From a virus: a stretch of DNA of 64,000 bases. Below the pieces are notes generated by a model that saw only the letters and a list, made by a program, of their open reading frames with translations, did not search any database and was not told the origin of the DNA. The stretch lies in IMG/VR virus record IMGVR_UViG_3300045988_131144, positions 1 through 64,000 of that record; one strand, written 5' to 3'. The translations under genes were made by a program, and so were the position numbers. Below, in pieces: positions 7,213-15,485 of this stretch (positions are counted from its first letter, which is position 1; each line of letters starts with the position of its first letter).

Positions 7213-7509
7213 ATGGCTTTCCGTATGCCGCCGTGCAAGGACGCGCACGGCAATGAATGTCCGGAACGTTCACTCGGCTGTCAGGGTACATGCAAGCGCA
7301 TGAAGGAGTACCAAGAGTTCCTTAATGAGCATGACCGCGCCGCACGTCAGAAAGAGCGGCTGCTGTCTAAATATCAATTCGAGATGTCTGAAAGTGTAAG
7401 GCGATACGGCGGCTGCCGCACGCCGAGGCAGATTTGCAAGGACATGAGAAAGCGCGAGGAAAGGAGGCTACGCAATGCCAAGGTCAAAGTTGATGCGGGA
7501 TCCCGCTGA
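7213..7509 (+). CDS. hypothetical Cys-rich basic protein
   Basis: MAFRMPPCKDAHGNECPERSLGCQGTCKR... ORF 7117..7509 trimmed to a Met just downstream of the preceding small-ORF stop (2-nt gap). Confidence 0.45.
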   Translation: MAFRMPPCKDAHGNECPERSLGCQGTCKRMKEYQEFLNEHDRAARQKERLLSKYQFEMSESVRRYGGCRTPRQICKDMRKREERRLRNAKVKVDAGSR

Positions 7510-7708
7510 AGATGTAATCGCCGAAGAGATACGCAAGAACTACGGCGGAATGATGAATCTGGCTACGGTTCAAAGCTTTCTCGGCGTTAAGGATTGTAGA
7601 ACTGCCAGACGTTTTCTTAATGGCGTGACAAGCTATTCCATAAATGGCCGAAGCATGTGGATGGCCTCTGACGTTGCTCACAGGCTGGTGGAGGTAAGGG
7701 ACTTATGA
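7475..7708 (+). CDS. small DNA-binding (excisionase/HTH-like) protein, tentative
   Basis: NLATVQSFLGVKDCRTARRFL resembles Xis/MerR-type HTH proteins. 77 aa. Confidence 0.35.
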   Translation: MPRSKLMRDPAEDVIAEEIRKNYGGMMNLATVQSFLGVKDCRTARRFLNGVTSYSINGRSMWMASDVAHRLVEVRDL

Positions 7709-7923
7709 TGATCGTCGCCACTATCCCCCAAGGCAGCTACGTAAAAATTGCCGCGAGCGCCGTAATGCCGTGGAAGTCCATCGACGCAATCGCCACTGTC
7801 ACGACGCGCCTGACGGAGCCTCAAGAGGTCATAGACCGCTGCCTTAACTGCACCTGCCCAGAGTGCTGGAACTGCATTGCATCCCGCAGCAAGCGCGCAA
7901 AAGCAAGAAAGGAGGCTCAGTAA
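7705..7923 (+). CDS. hypothetical protein
   Basis: Coupled start; C-terminal CLNCTCPECWNC Cys cluster. Confidence 0.4.
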   Translation: MMIVATIPQGSYVKIAASAVMPWKSIDAIATVTTRLTEPQEVIDRCLNCTCPECWNCIASRSKRAKARKEAQ

Positions 7924-8168
7924 TGGGTGCGTGTCATCAATGCAAATGCTTCTACTGCGAAAATCTCTGCACCAAGAAGTGCCCTATCGGGCGCGTGTGT
8001 TCCACCTGTTATAAGGGAACGAACAGCCAAAGCTTTAAGATCACGCACTGCGACAATCAGGTTCCTTACGATCCTACATACACCGTCACAACCGCCCCGC
8101 AAAGACCCAAGCGCAATCGTAAACCTTTGATCCGCAAGGATAAGCGGACAAGCAATAAGAAAAAATAG
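7923..8168 (+). CDS. hypothetical Cys-rich protein
   Basis: MGACHQCKCFYCENLCTKKCPIGRVCSTC. ORF 7863..8168 trimmed to the Met at 7923, which overlaps the previous gene's stop codon (7921-7923). Confidence 0.4.
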   Translation: MGACHQCKCFYCENLCTKKCPIGRVCSTCYKGTNSQSFKITHCDNQVPYDPTYTVTTAPQRPKRNRKPLIRKDKRTSNKKK

Positions 8169-8178
8169 GAGGATAAAA

Positions 8179-8472
8179 ATGGGATATTACAGTGGAATCA
8201 TCGAACACGACACCGGTATGCACGCCGATGCCGATCAGCAGGTCGCCGGACAGTCCATGATGAGGGTGGAGGTCACCCTTTCAGAGTACCGCGACCTCGT
8301 CGAGAAAAACGCCATTGCGTCACATAAGCTCGGTCTCGCAAATGATCGTATCACCGAGCTGAAGCAGAAGCTTTATGATGCTCTGAAAATCTTGGACGCG
8401 GACAATAAACTGACTGCCATGCAGAAAGAAGATTTTCAGAAGCTTCTCGGCGACTATCAGGTCAAAAAATAA
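8179..8472 (+). CDS. hypothetical protein
   Basis: AGGAGG SD upstream; coiled-coil-like. Confidence 0.45.
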   Translation: MGYYSGIIEHDTGMHADADQQVAGQSMMRVEVTLSEYRDLVEKNAIASHKLGLANDRITELKQKLYDALKILDADNKLTAMQKEDFQKLLGDYQVKK

Positions 8473-8496
8473 TTTTAACAGGAGGAAAATCACGCT

Positions 8497-9357
8497 ATGA
8501 ATGAATCTCTCATGTCGCGCTCCCCTGCTACTCAGATGAGCGTCTATCAGGAAAGCAAGGAGCTTTCCGAAATCAAGGGCAAGATGTACCTCGCCCGTCA
8601 GTTCCCCCGCGATCCTGAAATGTCCATGCAGAATGTTCTCCGCGAGTGTCAGAGAAAAGACCTTGCGGAAGCGGCGCAGTACGAGTTCCCGCGCGGCGAC
8701 AGCGTTGTCAGAGGTCCCTCTATCCGTTTGGTGGAAGTTCTCGCGCGCCACTGGGGCAACATCATGTCCGGTATTACCGAGGTGGATGTACAGGACGACA
8801 CGACGACCATAAAGTGCTTTGCATGGGATTTGGAGACAAACGCCTCCGATGAAAAGACCTTCTCCGTGAAGCATGAGCGATCTACCAAGAAAGGCAGCTA
8901 CCGTCTGACCGACGAACGCGATATCTATGAAATGGTCGCCAACAAGGGTGCAAGGCGCAAGAGAGCCTGTCTGCTGGCCGTCATTCCCGGCTGGTACGTA
9001 GATGCGGCGCTTGAAGAGTGCGACAAGACGCTTTCCGACTCACTTTCCAAGAGCGGAGAGAGTTTGGAGGAGATCATCGAAAAGACCGTCAACGCTTTTG
9101 CTGGCTTCGGTATCACCCCGGAGCAGATCAGCGCCAAACTCAACAAGGACATCGACAAACTCAGCAACAACGACATCGTGAAGCTCCGCCATCTGTATTC
9201 CGCCATCAAGGACGGCTTTGTAAAGGCCACAGACGCCTTTGGAATCGCTTCTGCTTCCGATGCGGCTCTTCCCTCTACGGACGAGGAAAACGCGCTGGAA
9301 GTCCTCAACAAGAAGCTTGCGAAGAGCAGGGAGAAGAACAGTGGAACTGACGCGTGA
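8497..9357 (+). CDS. single-strand annealing recombinase (Rad52/RecT-superfamily-like)
   Basis: Lies immediately upstream of an exonuclease and near SSB. The RGPSIRLVEVLARHWGNI and ANKGARRKRACLLAVIP segments resemble annealing-protein cores (recall only). Confidence 0.5.
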   Translation: MNESLMSRSPATQMSVYQESKELSEIKGKMYLARQFPRDPEMSMQNVLRECQRKDLAEAAQYEFPRGDSVVRGPSIRLVEVLARHWGNIMSGITEVDVQDDTTTIKCFAWDLETNASDEKTFSVKHERSTKKGSYRLTDERDIYEMVANKGARRKRACLLAVIPGWYVDAALEECDKTLSDSLSKSGESLEEIIEKTVNAFAGFGITPEQISAKLNKDIDKLSNNDIVKLRHLYSAIKDGFVKATDAFGIASASDAALPSTDEENALEVLNKKLAKSREKNSGTDA

Positions 9358-10237
9358 TAATTATTACACGCCTGAGGTCGATTGGGAGTACATGTCGTGC
9401 TCCCAATATCAGGCATGGAATGAGTGCGAGGCGCGGGAACTGGCTATCCTGCAGGGGCGCTGGCAGCCTGACGAGAAAGAAGCCTTTCTCGTCGGGAATT
9501 ACTTCCACACGCACTTTGAATCCCCAGAAGCACACGAGCAGTTCTGCAACGAGCATTTCGACAAGATATTCAAGACCAAGACCATCAAAGGCAAGGGTGG
9601 CATGCCCGACCAGACGGTCATTACCGGCAAATATGCTCCCTATGAGCAAGCCGACAAGATGATACAGACCGCTGAAAATGACGAGTTGATACAGTCTCTT
9701 GTCGGTATGCCTGGTGAGAATGAAATGATAATGCACGGCAAGCTCTTCGGAGTTCCGTGGCGTATCAGACTCGACAAGTACGTTCCTGACGGGCGCATGA
9801 TTATCGACTACAAGACCGTGGCAAACATCGGAGAGCTGAAATGGAGCGATGAACTTCACGAAAAGGTGACGTTCATAGATGCCTATGGCTACATGATGCG
9901 CGCCGCTGTGTACAGCGAGATTGAAAAGCAGTACGCAGGGAGCAAAGAAGACCCGCAGTTCATCATCATCGCTATATCGAAGCAAGACCCTCCTGATAAA
10001 GATGTGCTCAGTCTCAACCACCGGCAACGGTATGACTATGAGCTTGAGAAAATCGCCAAGCGCTTGCCCATGATTCAGATGATAAAAGAGGGGCGCACAA
10101 AGCCCAAGCGCTGCGGGTACTGTGATTACTGCCGCGCGACAAAAAAGCTTTGGGGAATCAGACCTTATTATTTACTCATGCCCGAATTTCGAGAGGAGCG
10201 CGAGGACGATGCAGCCGCAGAGTTCCGTCCTGAATGA
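9341..10237 (+). CDS. PD-(D/E)XK exonuclease with C-terminal Cys cluster (Cas4/RecB-like)
   Basis: IRLDKYVPDGRMIIDYKTV (D..D/E-x-K) and RCGYCDYCR. GTG start at 9341 behind GGGAG; ORF track starts at 9239 inside the previous gene. Confidence 0.7.
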   Translation: MELTRDNYYTPEVDWEYMSCSQYQAWNECEARELAILQGRWQPDEKEAFLVGNYFHTHFESPEAHEQFCNEHFDKIFKTKTIKGKGGMPDQTVITGKYAPYEQADKMIQTAENDELIQSLVGMPGENEMIMHGKLFGVPWRIRLDKYVPDGRMIIDYKTVANIGELKWSDELHEKVTFIDAYGYMMRAAVYSEIEKQYAGSKEDPQFIIIAISKQDPPDKDVLSLNHRQRYDYELEKIAKRLPMIQMIKEGRTKPKRCGYCDYCRATKKLWGIRPYYLLMPEFREEREDDAAAEFRPE

Positions 10238-10553
10238 AAGAGATCGTTGTTGGGTCGTTCATAAGCGCCGCGCCAGTTGGTTTCTCTGCCCTCTTTGTGG
10301 GGCATCCATAAGGTGGGTGCGCTTATGGGACGGCACATACTCCCCTTGCGACGAGGAACCGGTTTTATTCTGGGTTCCGGAGAACCAAAAGGGGCGGTAC
10401 AAGGTCGTCCTAAAGGGCGAGATTTGGGAGCACGTTTCTCTCAAAGTTCCGTTCGGAAAGAAAGCAAAATATGCGAGTCTCCCGCATTATTATTCATGTC
10501 CCAAACTCCGCGCCGAGCGCCGGGAATGGGCATTACGCCACAAGGAATGGTAG
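10209..10553 (+). CDS. hypothetical zinc-ribbon protein
   Basis: CPLCG ... SPCDEEP ... YSCP. ORF 10122..10553 trimmed to the Met at 10209. Confidence 0.4.
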   Translation: MQPQSSVLNERDRCWVVHKRRASWFLCPLCGASIRWVRLWDGTYSPCDEEPVLFWVPENQKGRYKVVLKGEIWEHVSLKVPFGKKAKYASLPHYYSCPKLRAERREWALRHKEW

Positions 10554-10563
10554 GAAAAAATCT

Positions 10564-11019
10564 ATGCTTAACAAAGTATTGCTTCAGGGGCGTTTCGTCA
10601 GAGACCCCGAAATTCGCACAACGCAGAGCGGCAAATCTGTTGTGTCATTCACGCTGGCCGTAGATCGTGATTTCGCGCCGCAGGGGCAGCAGAAAGAAAC
10701 CGACTTCATCAACTGTACCGCTTGGAACGGCACGGCAGATTTCATCTCCAAGTATTTCTCCAAAGGCAGCATGGCTACCCTCTGCGGCAGCTTGCAGATA
10801 CAGAACTACACTGACCGCGACGGCAACAAGAGGACTTCCCCGAATGTCAACGTCGAGAACATCTATTTCGCCGGTGACAAGCGCTCCGAGAAGTCCGAAG
10901 GTAAGTCGAAAGAGCAGAACGCATCAAAAAGCGAATCTGCATATTCTTCCAACTCCAATCCTGCGCCGAAGCAGACGTTTGAGGAACTGGATGGCGATGG
11001 GGACGACCTGCCTTTCTGA
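10564..11019 (+). CDS. ssb: single-stranded DNA-binding protein
   Basis: MLNKVLLQGRFVRDPEIRTTQSGKSVVSFTLAV OB-fold start and canonical acidic tail DGDGDDLPF. Confidence 0.9.
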   Translation: MLNKVLLQGRFVRDPEIRTTQSGKSVVSFTLAVDRDFAPQGQQKETDFINCTAWNGTADFISKYFSKGSMATLCGSLQIQNYTDRDGNKRTSPNVNVENIYFAGDKRSEKSEGKSKEQNASKSESAYSSNSNPAPKQTFEELDGDGDDLPF

Positions 11020-11032
11020 TGCGAGGTAGCAC

Positions 11033-11299
11033 ATGAGAGATAGGACAACAATCTCAAATGAGGTCGTGGGGCGGTATTCTTTCAGCCGCCTCACACCAAA
11101 TGCACAGGCGCTGTATTTCCATCTCTGCTTTGCCGCAGATGATGAGGGTGTTGTGCATGATCCGGCAGCAGTGCTCAACCAGGTATGTGCAGACAGTCTT
11201 GATCTGGAAGAGCTGATCTCCGCTGACTTCATCACCAGTCTTGGCGAAAGCGGCGTATTCATCCGCCATTGGGCACAGCACGTCGGTATTGATGACTGA
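11033..11299 (+). CDS. hypothetical replication-module protein
   Basis: LTPNAQALYFHLCFAADDEGVV pattern seen in phage replication-associated wHTH proteins (recall only). Confidence 0.4.
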   Translation: MRDRTTISNEVVGRYSFSRLTPNAQALYFHLCFAADDEGVVHDPAAVLNQVCADSLDLEELISADFITSLGESGVFIRHWAQHVGIDD

Positions 11300-11309
11300 G
11301 GAGGGCTTT

Positions 11310-12458
11310 ATGGCGAAAAACGTTGAGTGGGTCAAAATAACCACAGATATGTTTGACAACAGGAAGATCAAGCATCTGCGCAAGCTTCCCGATGGCAATA
11401 GCATTGTGCTGATATGGGTCATGCTGCTCACAATGGCAGGGCGCTGCAACGCGGGAGGCATGATTTTTCTCACTGAGAACATCCCCTACACGCCGAAAAT
11501 GCTTTCCGACGAGCTTGGTTTTGAATTGAGTACTATTCAGCTCGCCTTGGAAGCGCTGGAACGCCTCAACATGATAAGCAGAAACGAAGATATGCTTTTC
11601 ATCTCCGGCTGGGAAGAACACCAAAACAACGAGGCTTTGGAAAAAATCAGGGAGCAAAATCGGCTCAGAAAACAGCGGCAGCGTGAAAATCAGAAAAAAA
11701 CGCTTATTGGAGGTGGAACAGTCTGTGAATATTGCGGTGGAAACGGTACTACTATTGACCACATTATCCCCAAAGCAAGCGGCGGTTTAGATGTTCCAGA
11801 AAATACAGTCAGATGCTGTTCTACGTGCAATATGCAAAAGACAAATAGAAGTGTCGATGTTTTTCTCAATGAGAAGATTGCCGCAGATAGCAATTTTGAT
11901 GTTTCAAGGATTCTTGAAAACAAAAAAATAATGCAATATCTCTATTTTGACGGCAAATACTTTGGGTCACGCAATGTCACGGAGCAGGTCACGCAATGTC
12001 ACGCTGCAGAAGAAGAAAGAGAAGAAGATATAGAGATAGATAATAACTCTCAAAAAGAAAGTAAACCAAAGAAAAAGTCCTCTTCCGACGATGGCGATGC
12101 TCCACCAGATGTCAGCCCCGCAAGCGGCACTGACGCGCGCCCCAAAAAGGAAGAGAAAGTTTTCGACAAGGATTCTGATGCTTACCAAGCCGCAAGCTTT
12201 CTTGCCCGCCAGAAAGAAAAGCATTATCCCGACTTGAAGCCCCCCGAAGAAAAAGACTTGCAGCGCTGGGCATCTGACTTCGACAAGTGCAACAGGATAG
12301 ATAAGCGCAGTTGGGATGATATTTCCGATGTGCTTCGCTTCTCACAGAAAAACGCCTTCTGGCGGAAGAACATTCTATCGGGGAAGAAATTCAGGGAGAA
12401 GTACGACCGGCTGCTGATTGAGATGACGGAGGAGAACCGCAAGAATGGCAAACGATGA
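11310..12458 (+). CDS. phage replisome organizer with embedded HNH nuclease domain and DnaD-like C-terminus
   Basis: WVKITTDMFDNRKIKHLRKLPDGNSIVLIWVMLLTMAGRCNAGG (organizer N-domain). CEYCGG..IDHIIPKASGG...CCSTCNMQK (HNH, nt ~11724-11840). C-terminal FWRKNILSGKKFREKYDRL. GAGGAGGG SD. Confidence 0.7.
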   Translation: MAKNVEWVKITTDMFDNRKIKHLRKLPDGNSIVLIWVMLLTMAGRCNAGGMIFLTENIPYTPKMLSDELGFELSTIQLALEALERLNMISRNEDMLFISGWEEHQNNEALEKIREQNRLRKQRQRENQKKTLIGGGTVCEYCGGNGTTIDHIIPKASGGLDVPENTVRCCSTCNMQKTNRSVDVFLNEKIAADSNFDVSRILENKKIMQYLYFDGKYFGSRNVTEQVTQCHAAEEEREEDIEIDNNSQKESKPKKKSSSDDGDAPPDVSPASGTDARPKKEEKVFDKDSDAYQAASFLARQKEKHYPDLKPPEEKDLQRWASDFDKCNRIDKRSWDDISDVLRFSQKNAFWRKNILSGKKFREKYDRLLIEMTEENRKNGKR

Positions 12459-13761
12459 TAAAGAGCTTCTGTATGCGATCTCGTATAACCAGAACGCGGA
12501 ACTATCCGTAACCGGTGCTTATCTAATCGACCCTCACTACCTAAACCGTGTCGCGGGGACGCTTCAAGCGGAGGACTTTATGAATCCCCTCTGTGCAAAA
12601 CTGTACACCGCCGCGACTAAGGCGTTTAGGGAGGGCAAGGTTCTTGACCCTGTAATGGCGCGAGACGTGATTCTTCACGATACGCCTAACCCAGATGCCT
12701 TTCTTGTCGACTGCATGAATATGTGCCCGTCAGTTTCCGCCGCGGAAGATCACGCCGAATACATACACGCTCAAGCAAAGGAACGGCGGCTTCGGTCGAG
12801 GATAGACGAAGCCCTCACCTCCCAGTCAGGGGATGGTCTGGCCGCAGAAATCGCCGGGATATGTCAGGACTACATGAGCGGCAAACTCGGGCGGAGTCAC
12901 ACAATGTCTCAAATGCTGAACAATCTCATGGATCGTTTGTCGCTGCCTCCCAAAGGCAGGGTGGAAACCGGCTTCACCAGAGTTGACGCGCTGCTTAAAG
13001 GCATGAGAGCTGGAAACTTTGTGATAATTGCAGCTCGCCCAGCAGTGGGCAAGTCAGTTTATGCTCAGAATATTGCCATGAATGTGGCGAGAACTGGAAA
13101 ATCTGTGCTGCTATACTCGCTCGAAATGAGCGACGAGGAGTTAGGTGAACGAATTATATCCAAAACTTCTGGGGTACAACTCGACAAAATCACTGACCAC
13201 AACCTCGACGAACAGGATTGGAAGCGTATCTCGGACGCGTGTCAGTATCTGTATGACCTGCCGCTCATAATCAACGATGATCCCAGCGTTACCACCAGCA
13301 AGATTCGCGCAGAGGCGCGGATGACAGAAAATTTAGGGCTGATAATAGTCGACTTCTTGACGCTAATCAAGAGTGAGCGCAAATATGACAGCCGAAATCT
13401 TGAGGTTGGGGCAATAAGCCGAGAACTGAAGCTTTTGGCCAAGGAACTCAAAATCCCCATAATCGCGCTCTCTCAGCTCAACCGAAATGCCGCCGATACG
13501 AGTAGACCTACTCTGGCAGAACTTCGCGACAGCGGAGAACTTGAGCAAAACACGGACTCGGTCATTTTCCTGTGGAACATTGACGTCGAGCAGGGCATAA
13601 AGGGAGTCGCCGTAGCGAAGAACCGTCAAGGCCGATGCGGAGCCGTGCAGATGCGGTTCGTCGGCGATCAGATGCGGTTCGTGGAAATGCGAGCCGACGA
13701 GGAGGTTTGGTCAAAGACAACTCCCCCGCGTCGCCGTGGAAAATGGGAGGATGACGACTGA
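12445..13761 (+). CDS. dnaB: replicative DNA helicase (DnaB family)
   Basis: GFTRVDALLKGMRAGNFVIIAARPAVGKS Walker A, LYSLEMS, IIVDFLTLI, SQLNR, RDSGELEQ motifs. Confidence 0.9.
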   Translation: MANDDKELLYAISYNQNAELSVTGAYLIDPHYLNRVAGTLQAEDFMNPLCAKLYTAATKAFREGKVLDPVMARDVILHDTPNPDAFLVDCMNMCPSVSAAEDHAEYIHAQAKERRLRSRIDEALTSQSGDGLAAEIAGICQDYMSGKLGRSHTMSQMLNNLMDRLSLPPKGRVETGFTRVDALLKGMRAGNFVIIAARPAVGKSVYAQNIAMNVARTGKSVLLYSLEMSDEELGERIISKTSGVQLDKITDHNLDEQDWKRISDACQYLYDLPLIINDDPSVTTSKIRAEARMTENLGLIIVDFLTLIKSERKYDSRNLEVGAISRELKLLAKELKIPIIALSQLNRNAADTSRPTLAELRDSGELEQNTDSVIFLWNIDVEQGIKGVAVAKNRQGRCGAVQMRFVGDQMRFVEMRADEEVWSKTTPPRRRGKWEDDD

Positions 13762-13907
13762 TGGTCTTGATACCGGATGACCCCACAGTGCGCAGTATGG
13801 AGCGCACAGGGTATCCGCCATGGATGAAGGAGGATATCTGCGGCAACGATGATGACGAGAAAATTGAAGGCTGGCCAGATACCTGGCATGAGGAGGAAGA
13901 AGAATGA
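13761..13907 (+). CDS. 48-aa acidic hypothetical protein
   Basis: TGATG and ATGA coupling on both sides. Confidence 0.4.
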   Translation: MVLIPDDPTVRSMERTGYPPWMKEDICGNDDDEKIEGWPDTWHEEEEE

Positions 13908-14314
13908 AGATCACACTTGACCCCGGTGCTTATGTGCCTGTGAGAGCACATGCCACCGATGCGGGGCTTGACCTCAAGTCCCCGAAGCTTGTATACATAC
14001 CGCCCTATTCAAGCGTCGTGATAGACACCGGCGTCCATGTTGAGATACCGGAGGGCTACGCAGGGATGCTCAAGAGTAAGAGCGGGCTCAACATCAAGCA
14101 CGACATCACCAGCGATGGAGTCGTGGACTGTGGATTCACCGGAAGCATACAGGTGAAGCTCTATAACCACGGCAGCCACGGCTACGAAGTCAAGAACGGC
14201 GACAAGATCACGCAGTTGGTCATCACGCCAATCATCAACCCAGTAATCGAGCTTGTAGATGAGCTCAAGGCCACCGAGCGTGGAAGCAAAGGCTTCGGGA
14301 GCAGCGGACGATGA
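13904..14314 (+). CDS. dut: dUTP diphosphatase
   Basis: ATDAGLDLKS, GMLKSKSGL, ITQLVI, ERGSKGFGSSGR motifs. Confidence 0.9.
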   Translation: MKITLDPGAYVPVRAHATDAGLDLKSPKLVYIPPYSSVVIDTGVHVEIPEGYAGMLKSKSGLNIKHDITSDGVVDCGFTGSIQVKLYNHGSHGYEVKNGDKITQLVITPIINPVIELVDELKATERGSKGFGSSGR

Positions 14315-14589
14315 GTGTTTACGATATTTGCATAGCGACCGCGGTTCTCGTATTTGTGATGCTGGCAATCATGTCCATCTACGTCAGTATCGTTGAGGAA
14401 CGTTTCGAGAAGATGAAAGAACTCGCCGAAGAATCCGCTTGGGCTGACAAAGAGAAGGTCGAAGCCCTCGACGAGAAAAAGTATACTCCGCGCAAGCCCG
14501 AACACCTCGCGCCGGTCGACGCTGACTTCTTCATTATGCCCGATGGGACGAAAATTCACAGAGCGAGCACCACGAAAAGACGCAGATAG
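14311..14589 (+). CDS. hypothetical single-TM protein
   Basis: N-terminal ICIATAVLVFVMLAIMSIYVSIV. Confidence 0.45.
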   Translation: MSVYDICIATAVLVFVMLAIMSIYVSIVEERFEKMKELAEESAWADKEKVEALDEKKYTPRKPEHLAPVDADFFIMPDGTKIHRASTTKRRR

Positions 14590-14713
14590 CCGCCAGAGGT
14601 CACAGGAAGCCGTACAGCAGCGTTTCGGGCACTCGGTAATGAATTTACATGTCCGAAGTCCAAACGCTGTCAAAGCGGTCACAAGCGGCCTTTAACGTAA
14701 AGGGAGTAGCGCG

Positions 14714-14932
14714 ATGGTCGAAACAGAATACCCACCTCGGTGCTCAATGCGGATGTTCGAGGGAGTGAGGACACAATACCCTCTTTTCCGAGAGAATGGC
14801 CGCGCCCTGTACTGGACAATCGAACATCATGCAGAGGTGAGCCTTGGGGACTATGAGGTAGTGAAGAAAGACAAAAGCTATTATTTCCAGCAGCTTGGCA
14901 AGGCTGTTGAGTTTTTCAATCAGGAGGGATAA
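14714..14932 (+). CDS. hypothetical protein
   Basis: ORF in a co-directional operon. Confidence 0.4.
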   Translation: MVETEYPPRCSMRMFEGVRTQYPLFRENGRALYWTIEHHAEVSLGDYEVVKKDKSYYFQQLGKAVEFFNQEG

Positions 14933-14935
14933 ACA

Positions 14936-15145
14936 ATGCTCAGAGTAACTGATGACTTTGAAATACTGATACAAGGCGGGTCAACTGACCTTCTTACACA
15001 GTACGGCACTCTGACCGCAAACATGTACAGAAGTTTCATCGAAAACGATGTAGGCAAGCCAGCAGAAGTCATGCTGATGCTGACAAAGGCGCTGGTAGCG
15101 GGCATAGAAGCTGCGCAGAAAGGCGGTGAAACCGATGGAAATTAA
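14936..15145 (+). CDS. hypothetical protein
   Basis: ORF in a co-directional operon. Confidence 0.4.
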   Translation: MLRVTDDFEILIQGGSTDLLTQYGTLTANMYRSFIENDVGKPAEVMLMLTKALVAGIEAAQKGGETDGN

Positions 15146-15485
15146 GGACAGCGGCGAAAGAACAGAGTTTGGAACCGGCGCTGTGCGCGATATGCACACT
15201 GGGAAAGGTAAAATGGATCTTCTGCCTTGGGCGGCAATCATGGAAGTCTCCAAGCACTGTGAACAGGGGGCCTTGAAATACGGTGAGCACAACGTTGATC
15301 GCGGCATCCCCCTTTCATCGCTTTGTGACTCCGGAGCAAGGCATTTGGCAAAGTTCTTCGACGGTTGGGACGACGAGCCGCACCTTACCGCCGCCGTTTG
15401 GAATCTCCTATGGGCGCTGGAAATGAAACTCAAGCGTCCGGATATGTGCGATATACCTTGGAGGGCTGAAAATGATAAAAATTGA
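15135..15485 (+). CDS. dATP/dGTP diphosphohydrolase-like (DUF5664/MazG-like all-alpha NTP pyrophosphatase)
   Basis: KDSGERTEFGTGAVRD...GKGKMDLLPWAAIMEVSKHCEQGALKYGEHN...HLTAAVWNLLWALE matches my recollection of this phage family. Confidence 0.6.
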   Translation: MEIKDSGERTEFGTGAVRDMHTGKGKMDLLPWAAIMEVSKHCEQGALKYGEHNVDRGIPLSSLCDSGARHLAKFFDGWDDEPHLTAAVWNLLWALEMKLKRPDMCDIPWRAENDKN

